A stretch of DNA of 20,000 nucleotides, from the sequence record SRR20825006_1225; one strand, written 5' to 3'. The notes beneath the pieces are model-generated. The model was given only the letters and a program-made list of their open reading frames with translations. It had not been told where the DNA came from and did no database searches. Shown here piece after piece: positions 9,287-16,464 of this stretch (position 1 is the stretch's first letter; every line of letters starts with the position of its first letter). The position numbers were made by a program, and so were the translations under genes.

Positions 9287-10819
9287 TTAAAACAAAAATC
9301 TTATACCAGCTACTATATTAAGAGACTCGAAGTCTTGGTTCACATATGAGTTTACCAAGTTACCTGAAGTAACATCCGAGTAACTATATAACACTGAACG
9401 GTCCGTCCAAGTTGAATATTGCCCGGAAATATCAAAGTTTATTGAATTAGTTAAAGGGAGGGATAAACCTACTGAAAACACATTTTGTTCAACTTTATAT
9501 GTTTTACTTTTTGCTGGATATAATGCATACCCCCCTTTGATCTCAGTTCTGTTATTTAGCTTATAAGCTGCGCCAATTTTAAGATTAGCTACCGAATTGT
9601 AATCTTGCTTAATTTCGGCATTAATTTCTTGCTCATTTTGCAATAACGATGCCTTCTCGCTTGGATCTGAAATTTCAGTCTCTAATAAACTCAGTTTGAT
9701 GTTTCTATAATCAATAAGCTCTGCTGATCCAGAAATACTGAAACCTGCAATATCTAATATTGATCCCCCAATATTAAATTGGGCTGGGCGAGTAATAGCG
9801 TATTCAAATTCACCAAAAAAATCGTAGGTATCTGTTGCAGTTCCGTCATCAAAATCAGACTTAATTCCAGAAGAATAACTCTCTATAATAACAAGTTTGC
9901 TAGGCAGAGTTAAACTTGCGCCAACTCTAGCTTTCTCTCCCAAAGTATAAGCCAGACCAGTACGAATTGTAACTCCCACAATATCCGAATCGATATCATC
10001 AGCTAAAGTTATGCGTTCAATGTCTGTTCCACCGTTGCCATTTCCATCGGCTCCTATAAAATCTCCGTCATAATCATTAAACTCGTCAAACTCCTGAAAA
10101 TTTCTAGAATAACTCGATGAACCAGATGTTAGGCCAATAGAGATGCCTGCGTATAAGTTCTTCTTAAACTCTGTTGCCGTGAAAAAACTGAACTCACCCA
10201 TTCTTCTTTTGTTATTAACATCCACAAATTGCGTTATTCCTGGATATTGACTTGGCGTAAACCCAAGTCTGAAAATCGATTCATAATAGGTCTCTTCAAC
10301 ATCTCCAAATTCTATGGCGTAGGCATCGTAAGCAATACCATTATAACTGCTTGATGGATCCACAAACATATCTGTAACTGTACTCGACGAATTTCTTCCG
10401 TTTATAAAGGCTTTATTGTCATAAACTTCTTTCAGATCATAACCAGCCCCAATTACTAAGCTACCTTGAGAAGTTGGGATCTTATAGAGCATCCCAATAT
10501 TGCCAAAGTCCGTATTCCCAAAGCTACTCGATGCACTACTATTTAAATACGAGCTAGTTTGGTTTTGATTAGAATAAAACCATGCAATACTTACACTGTT
10601 TTCTTTAGCCAAGGCCATTACTGCTGGGTTATCAATCAAGCTACCAAAACCATTATATGAAGAAACGGATGGCACTACCATTGAGGCCGCATCACCATTT
10701 GAAGAATTTGAGCTAAACTGGAGTCCTAAGCTTTTATATGAAATCGGAGATTCTCCATTTTGCGCACTTAGATTGAATGCTAGAAATAGTCCTAGCATTA
10801 AGAGTATTGTTCTCTTCAT
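9287..10819 (-). CDS. OmpP1/FadL-like outer-membrane beta-barrel protein
   Basis: Signal peptide (LSA-Q), hatch-region NPA motif (LIDNPAVMA), alternating amphipathic strands (LYAGISIGL, NLKIGAAY, FDISGQY), C-terminal AGIRFLF beta signal. Confidence 0.75.
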   Translation of the reverse strand: MKRTILLMLGLFLAFNLSAQNGESPISYKSLGLQFSSNSSNGDAASMVVPSVSSYNGFGSLIDNPAVMALAKENSVSIAWFYSNQNQTSSYLNSSASSSFGNTDFGNIGMLYKIPTSQGSLVIGAGYDLKEVYDNKAFINGRNSSSTVTDMFVDPSSSYNGIAYDAYAIEFGDVEETYYESIFRLGFTPSQYPGITQFVDVNNKRRMGEFSFFTATEFKKNLYAGISIGLTSGSSSYSRNFQEFDEFNDYDGDFIGADGNGNGGTDIERITLADDIDSDIVGVTIRTGLAYTLGEKARVGASLTLPSKLVIIESYSSGIKSDFDDGTATDTYDFFGEFEYAITRPAQFNIGGSILDIAGFSISGSAELIDYRNIKLSLLETEISDPSEKASLLQNEQEINAEIKQDYNSVANLKIGAAYKLNNRTEIKGGYALYPAKSKTYKVEQNVFSVGLSLPLTNSINFDISGQYSTWTDRSVLYSYSDVTSGNLVNSYVNQDFESLNIVAGIRFLF

Positions 10820-10850
10820 GATATTATAAATTACTTAGTCGTGAATTGCC

Positions 10851-12050
10851 TTAGTTCCGTTTTTTTGTAGAACTACTTTTCTTTTTAGATGTAGGTGATG
10901 AGCTGCTTCTTTTTACAGTTGACCTACTAGTGGAACTAGGTGTAGAACTTCTTTTTACAGTGCTTCTTGTTGTACCTGACCGTTTGGTACTGGTACTTTT
11001 AGTAGTCGATCTAGTTGGAGAAGTAGTCGTTCTTGTAACAGGGGTACTTCTTCTAGTTGTAGTGGTACGTGTTGTTGTACCACTACTTCTATTCGTATTC
11101 GTTCTTGAAACAGTTCCTGAAGATCTCTTTGAAGAATTATCGGTATTTACCTTTGTTCCAGTTCTACCTGTAGAACGTTTTGTTGAACTACTAGAACTTG
11201 AGCTTGAACGAGATTTACCAACAGTGCTACTTCCAGAACTTCTACCAGTGGTAGTACTTCTTGTTGTAGTACTTGTTCGAGTCCTAGTTACATTTGAAGT
11301 TCCTGTTGTTCTGCTACCTTTGCTATAAGTACTAGAACCAGAATCGTTTCTACTACGTAGTGTTGAACTATTTGCTCTGTTCCTTGTATTATTGGCATTT
11401 GTCAAACCATTACTTCTTACACGATAATCTCTCTTTTTAGTATACCTGCTTGTATAATTACCGTGATAATTATTAATTATAAAATAATTGCCGTAGTAAC
11501 CGTAATAGCCATAGTTATCATAATATGGGTTATACCAAGGTGTGCTCCAATAAAATGGGTCTGTAACTGCGTGGTAGCTGAAATTAGCAAAACTAAACTC
11601 AAACATATTTCTAAGCTGATAATGTCTTGAGTAAGCAAAGGCTGAAAAGTGATGTCTCCTTGGGTGATAATTTAAATATCGATATGAATAATACTTGGAT
11701 GTATAGTCATCTCTTGCATCGTCATAACCGTCATCATAACCCGACCAATAAACATCAGTTAGGTTATTTTCGGAATACCATTGCTCTTTTTCGTAGTCTT
11801 TGTAGTATAAATCTAAATTTTCGTAAACCTCTTCTTCTTCAACAGGGATATATTCTTTAGCCGTTTGTTCTCGTTCGTACCAGTTATCCCCCTCTTGTGC
11901 AGATTCGTTATCATTCCAGGCGTAATATTCTGATTGACGATTATATCCATCTCTGCCATCTAGAACGTCTAAGCTTTGTAACTGGGTATAGCAACCGCTC
12001 ATAAAAAAACTAACAGCTAATAATGGTAAAATAGTTCTAAAGCTTTTCAT
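10851..12050 (-). CDS. Hypothetical lipoprotein: acidic/Tyr-rich N-half, Ser/Thr/Arg-rich low-complexity C-half
   Basis: Lipobox-like FMSG-C followed by YTQL; 399 aa open; ends 31 nt before the FadL-like gene start; AAGGAG 8 nt upstream of its ATG. Confidence 0.85.
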   Translation of the reverse strand: MKSFRTILPLLAVSFFMSGCYTQLQSLDVLDGRDGYNRQSEYYAWNDNESAQEGDNWYEREQTAKEYIPVEEEEVYENLDLYYKDYEKEQWYSENNLTDVYWSGYDDGYDDARDDYTSKYYSYRYLNYHPRRHHFSAFAYSRHYQLRNMFEFSFANFSYHAVTDPFYWSTPWYNPYYDNYGYYGYYGNYFIINNYHGNYTSRYTKKRDYRVRSNGLTNANNTRNRANSSTLRSRNDSGSSTYSKGSRTTGTSNVTRTRTSTTTRSTTTGRSSGSSTVGKSRSSSSSSSSTKRSTGRTGTKVNTDNSSKRSSGTVSRTNTNRSSGTTTRTTTTRRSTPVTRTTTSPTRSTTKSTSTKRSGTTRSTVKRSSTPSSTSRSTVKRSSSSPTSKKKSSSTKKRN

Positions 12051-12138
12051 AGCAGGGTCTCCTTATTGGAGGTTAATCTTCACTTTGAAATTGAACAATT
12101 CAAGTCGGTTTATCTATCACATGATAATGTTAGCAATC

Positions 12139-12771
12139 TTAAATCTCTCCACGTAGTGATTTAGCAATTACTTCCGCTTTTGAGTTGACATGAAGTTTTT
12201 TATAGATATTTCGGATATGCGCTCGAACCGTATCAATAGAAATATCAAACCTGTCGGCAATCATCTTATAACTCAGCCCGTCAACTAAACCATTAACAAT
12301 ATCTTGTTCCCTAGAAGTTAGCATGCTATCTGGGTTTTTCTTTGGCTTCTGGTCGTTAAAGTGTGTAATTACTTTTCTTGCAATTTGTGGTGACATCGGG
12401 GCACCACCTTTTAAAAGCATTTCAATGGCTTCTTTAATTTCAGGAAGTGAAGTATGCTTCAATAGATAACCAGAAGCGCCTGCTTTTAGCGAATCGAAAA
12501 TTTTGTGCGAGTCGTGATAAATGGTGAGCATGATTATATCTACATCAGGATACTTTTCCTTGATTACTTCCATTCCTTTTATGCCAGACATCCCTGGTAA
12601 TTGAATGTCCATAAGAATAACATCTGGTTGCATATGTTTCTCAAGAAACTCTAGCATTTCCTCCACGCTATCTACTGCTACTGGACATTCAAGCCCATCC
12701 TGCATATCTAAATAACGTTGAATCAGATCTCTGATTTTGACATTATCTTCTACAATTCCAATTACAGCCAT
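12139..12771 (-). CDS. NarL/FixJ (LuxR-HTH) family response regulator
   Basis: REC motifs IVEDN, ILMDIQLPGMSG, MLT, GASGYLLK; HTH LTSREQDIV..GLSYKMIA..ISIDTVRAHIRNIYKKLHV. Confidence 0.95.
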   Translation of the reverse strand: MAVIGIVEDNVKIRDLIQRYLDMQDGLECPVAVDSVEEMLEFLEKHMQPDVILMDIQLPGMSGIKGMEVIKEKYPDVDIIMLTIYHDSHKIFDSLKAGASGYLLKHTSLPEIKEAIEMLLKGGAPMSPQIARKVITHFNDQKPKKNPDSMLTSREQDIVNGLVDGLSYKMIADRFDISIDTVRAHIRNIYKKLHVNSKAEVIAKSLRGEI

Positions 12772-12780
12772 AATAATTAT

Positions 12781-15657
12781 TTAGTTGGCGTTTAACTTGC
12801 CCATTATTGTTATAGTAAAACCATTTTTATTGCTAACATCAACACTTGCACCAATTCGTTCTGCCCGCATTTTCATATTCCTTAGACCATGCCCTGTTTT
12901 CTTAGGGCCCATTCCTGAGCTACCATTGTCGTGGATAGTAAATGTAAAGCTACTACTTTCAGTATGCATGGTTATGCGAACTAAATCTCCGTTAGAGTAT
13001 TTAGATATATTATTAGCCGCTTCCTTAAAGATTAAATACAGATTCTCTTTTAATGGGACCGCTAATTTGTTCTGCATTTTCAGATCTTCAAAATCGTATT
13101 GAACGTTAAAATTCTTGGGCTCTAGCACATTAAGCACATAATCTTGCATTCTATCTGTTAAATCTCCAAGAGTATCATTCCTAGCATCTATAGACCAAAC
13201 GATATCATCTAAGCTCGTTACAATTCTACGGCATTGTGTTCCAATCTGACTCAATGATTTTTTAAACTCTGGATCTGTATCAATGGCTTGAAGAAAATCT
13301 GATTGGAGAGCAATTTCGGTTAAACTAGCGCCCACGTCATCATGAAGATCACTTGCAATTCTAACTCGCATACGTTCTATATCCACCAGCTTTGTTGTTT
13401 TATAATAGCTATAGAACAACCAAATAATACCCACAATAACAGCACCACAAAGAATAAAGAACCACCATTGCAGCCAAAAAGGAGTACTAACGGAAATGGT
13501 TTTCTTTGTAATGATATCACTCCAAGTTCCATTTGTGTTTTTAGCAAGTACACTAAATGTATAATCTCCGCTTGGTAAGGAGGGATATTTTGCAAATCGA
13601 TCGGTTGTCCGTTGCCAAGTGGGGTCAATACCTTCCATCTTGTACTCATACATAATTTGATTCGGAGCTCTGTAATTAATACCCGAGAAATATATTTCTA
13701 CGAAATTCTGTTCGTAAGAAAGATCTAGATGCGTTTTGTTTGTATAGACTCTGCCAGATGCGATTATCTCATTTATTTTCACCTCTGGAGAAACAGGGTC
13801 ATAGTTATATTTTGGAATAAAAAAGTGACTCATACCCTCCACACTACCAAACCATAAATGTTTTTGAGAATCCTCAAAGACAGCTCCTAAATTCATTTCA
13901 TCTGAAATAAGACCTTGTTCTTTAGAAATTATTTGAAAAGCTTGGTCTTTTTCGGTGGGAATTTCACTATAGAATTTCGCGGCGTCAAATCGAGCAATAC
14001 CGCTGTTTGTGCCAATCCAGTAAATGCCATCTTCAGTTTGTTTTATAAAATAACATACTCTATTTGGTAAGCCGTCATCTACCGTTATGCTTTGGAATTT
14101 CTCGCCATCAAACCAGGCAATCCCTCCAAAAGTTGATACCCAAACAGTACCTTTTAAATCTACGATAATCGTCATTATCGCATTATTAGGTAAGCCGTTT
14201 TGGAGGTTGAAGGTTTCAAATTTTCCATTACTGTATCTACTTACACCACCGTACGTAGCTATCCATAAATTCCCTTCCTTATCTTCAACAGCTCCTAAAG
14301 TAGTGTTATCGGCTAGACCGTCTTCAACTAAAAATTGTTGGTAAGATTTTCCATCGTACCGAATTATGCCTTCTTCGTACGTACTTATCCAGAAGTCACC
14401 TGACTTTGCCTCATAAATCTGCCTAATTTTTCTAAACGGGAATTCTGATTCTTTAAAATTTCTGATTTTACCGTTTTCGATGATAGAAAGACCATTCCTC
14501 ATCCCTACCCAAATTCGTTTTTCCGAATCGTATTTAAGTGTATATACTTTGTCGTCTTGTAAACCTTGATCTAAGCTGATATTTTCAAAGGTACCATTTT
14601 TGTATTTGCTAATGCCTCCGCCGTAGGTTCCTATCCAAGTTATTCCGTCATCACTTTCAGTAAAAGAGGTAACTACGTTATTTGCTAGTCCTAAATCTGT
14701 AGTATAGTTTTCAAAGTAATCTCCTAAAAAAAGATTTACACCACCACCAAAAGTTCCAAACCAAAGGTTGCCTTCTCTATCTCTTGTGGCAGAATAGATG
14801 ATACCGTTAGATAAGCCATTTGCAGTAGTAAAATTTTTGAATCTATTTTGGTCAAAAAGGCTAATCCCTCCTTCGGTTCCTAGCCAAAGCCTACCAGACT
14901 CATCATAGCTTAAGGTTTGGACTTTTGAATTTCCAAGACCTTCATTTTCGCCATAAGTGGTAAACTGGTTGTTCTCGAATTTTGTAAGTCCATTTCGAGT
15001 GCCTATCCACAGAATGCCTTTTTCATCAAAAATAATATCTCTAATTCTATCTTCCGGCAAACCGTCTTTAGTTAGGTATGTTCGGATGTTGCCGAAGCTA
15101 AGTTGGGTTAACCCTTCACGAGTTGCAAACCACATATCGCCAGAGTCGCTTTCGATAATTCTTCGAATTCTGTTGTTTTTAAAACCTTGTGTGGTTGAGT
15201 ATTGATATAATTCTTGATCTTTTTGATACAACCAAACTCCATCACCATCGGTACCAAACCACATATCGCCTTTAGAGTCTTCGAAAATGCTAATTATTTC
15301 CATGTTATCCAGTGCCGAAAGCTCTGGTACATAATAAACACTATCGCCCTGAAAGTAGTTTAAGCCAGAAGCGGTTCCAATCCAGAGCCTTTGTTTACTA
15401 TCTTCAAACAAAGCAAAAATTTTACTATTTTGAAGCCCTTGATCCTCAAAATAGCTCTGAAACTCAATTCCGTCAAAGCTATTCAGTCCGTAGCCAGTAC
15501 CCATCCACATGCTACCCTCATGATCTTGAATTATTGAATGAACTACAGACTCACTTAATCCATCCTCAATAGAATAGGTACGAAATGGATAATATTGTGC
15601 GGTTATGTTTGGAGCTATCCAAACAAGGGAGATTAGTAAGAATAGAAATTTCTTCAT
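12781..15657 (-). CDS. Sensor histidine kinase: Reg_prop beta-propeller repeats, Y_Y_Y domain, one TM helix, HisKA_3 and HATPase
   Basis: Many DxxGxxWxGTxxG / DGLxxN repeats; YEYKMEG..W..YPSLPSGDYTFSV; PFWLQWWF TM; H-box RIASDLHDDVGASL; KEAANNISKYS; GHGLRNM. Nine nt from the regulator gene. Confidence 0.93.
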   Translation of the reverse strand: MKKFLFLLISLVWIAPNITAQYYPFRTYSIEDGLSESVVHSIIQDHEGSMWMGTGYGLNSFDGIEFQSYFEDQGLQNSKIFALFEDSKQRLWIGTASGLNYFQGDSVYYVPELSALDNMEIISIFEDSKGDMWFGTDGDGVWLYQKDQELYQYSTTQGFKNNRIRRIIESDSGDMWFATREGLTQLSFGNIRTYLTKDGLPEDRIRDIIFDEKGILWIGTRNGLTKFENNQFTTYGENEGLGNSKVQTLSYDESGRLWLGTEGGISLFDQNRFKNFTTANGLSNGIIYSATRDREGNLWFGTFGGGVNLFLGDYFENYTTDLGLANNVVTSFTESDDGITWIGTYGGGISKYKNGTFENISLDQGLQDDKVYTLKYDSEKRIWVGMRNGLSIIENGKIRNFKESEFPFRKIRQIYEAKSGDFWISTYEEGIIRYDGKSYQQFLVEDGLADNTTLGAVEDKEGNLWIATYGGVSRYSNGKFETFNLQNGLPNNAIMTIIVDLKGTVWVSTFGGIAWFDGEKFQSITVDDGLPNRVCYFIKQTEDGIYWIGTNSGIARFDAAKFYSEIPTEKDQAFQIISKEQGLISDEMNLGAVFEDSQKHLWFGSVEGMSHFFIPKYNYDPVSPEVKINEIIASGRVYTNKTHLDLSYEQNFVEIYFSGINYRAPNQIMYEYKMEGIDPTWQRTTDRFAKYPSLPSGDYTFSVLAKNTNGTWSDIITKKTISVSTPFWLQWWFFILCGAVIVGIIWLFYSYYKTTKLVDIERMRVRIASDLHDDVGASLTEIALQSDFLQAIDTDPEFKKSLSQIGTQCRRIVTSLDDIVWSIDARNDTLGDLTDRMQDYVLNVLEPKNFNVQYDFEDLKMQNKLAVPLKENLYLIFKEAANNISKYSNGDLVRITMHTESSSFTFTIHDNGSSGMGPKKTGHGLRNMKMRAERIGASVDVSNKNGFTITIMGKLNAN

Positions 15658-15859
15658 AACTACTATTGCTGCAAATAATCAATGCTAGTGTACATTTATA
15701 ATGATAAGTTAATTACGGTTAAAACGTTAAAGTATTTTTATCGGCTTAATCAATCTTGCAGTTTTAAAACATGTAATAACTCAAATCGAATATTGTATAA
15801 GAACAGTCGTTTAAATTACTTTGTCTTTCTTTACAATTCTAAAGCATCAGTTTCTATAA

Positions 15860-16387
15860 TTGAAAAAGTCGATTTCCATCTTACTTCTTCTTTCTTTTAT
15901 CACCCCATTTTGGGGAGCTGTGACGATTCTGCAGTTTCAAAAAGCACAAACCCGATTAGAAGTTAAGAAACAAATAAAGGCTGGCTTTTTGCTTGAAGAA
16001 CTTACTCTGCTTAAATTTTCTAAAACGGAAGCCGATGAGCTTTTGCATTGGGAACATGATAAAGAGTTTGAGTTTAATGGCCAGATGTATGACATAGTTG
16101 AACATGGGGAATCGGGCGATTCTCTTTGGTTTTTAAGTTATTGGGATCATCACGAAACCAAAATTAAAAGGAAACTAAATGAACTTATATCTTCGAATGT
16201 AAAACCCATCGTACATAGCAGAGATGCTGTAGCAACTTCGTTTATTCAAATTAAAGCTAATTTTTTTCAGTACACGTATCATTTGTTAAATGCTAATGTG
16301 AGAAAATATCTATCAAAGCCAGAATACATCGCTCAGATTTTTCACACCGATATAGATTCTCCAACCACCCCGCCTCCCCAAGTTTAA
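15860..16387 (+). CDS. Hypothetical membrane-targeted protein ending in PPP; candidate leader/regulatory ORF of the downstream TonB-dependent receptor
   Basis: TTG start, MKK plus hydrophobic segment, core WEHDKEFEFNGQMYDIV..WDHHET, C-terminus DSPTTPPPQV; fills the gap between the kinase and the receptor. Confidence 0.8.
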   Translation: MKKSISILLLLSFITPFWGAVTILQFQKAQTRLEVKKQIKAGFLLEELTLLKFSKTEADELLHWEHDKEFEFNGQMYDIVEHGESGDSLWFLSYWDHHETKIKRKLNELISSNVKPIVHSRDAVATSFIQIKANFFQYTYHLLNANVRKYLSKPEYIAQIFHTDIDSPTTPPPQV

Positions 16388-16464
16388 TAGAGATCACCAC
16401 TTTTAATTAAATGATTAGTGCGAAGCAGAATCTCACTATTTTACTATTAAACGAAAAGATACTT

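Noticed and set aside
10930-11328. 132-aa V/L/E-rich plus-strand ORF that looks hydrophobic
   Set aside because: Antisense reading of the Ser/Thr/Arg codons of the lipoprotein tail explains both its composition and lack of stops.
15126-15270. Exact 16-bp direct repeat CAAACCACATATCGCC (15126-15141, 15255-15270)
   Set aside because: Encodes GDMWF in adjacent propeller blades; only two copies, within a CDS, so not CRISPR or a mobile-element end.
3549-15572. Other short ORFs in the track (3549, 5598, 5727, 7364, 8466, 11627, 12785, 13342, 13377, 14087, 14957, 15312)
   Set aside because: All are nested in well-supported genes on the other strand or another frame and show no recognisable motifs.
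15658-15859. Bacteroidota-type TAnnTTTG promoter in the divergent spacer
   Set aside because: Only an imperfect match (TTACTTTG) in AT-rich DNA; not supportable.
15682-15966. 94-aa ORF across the divergent promoter region
   Set aside because: Composition typical of AT-rich intergenic sequence; overlaps the better supported 15860 ORF out of frame.
16411-16464. Longer start (ATG 16411) for the second receptor
   Set aside because: Adds 18 residues before a canonical signal peptide; ATG 16465 fits better.
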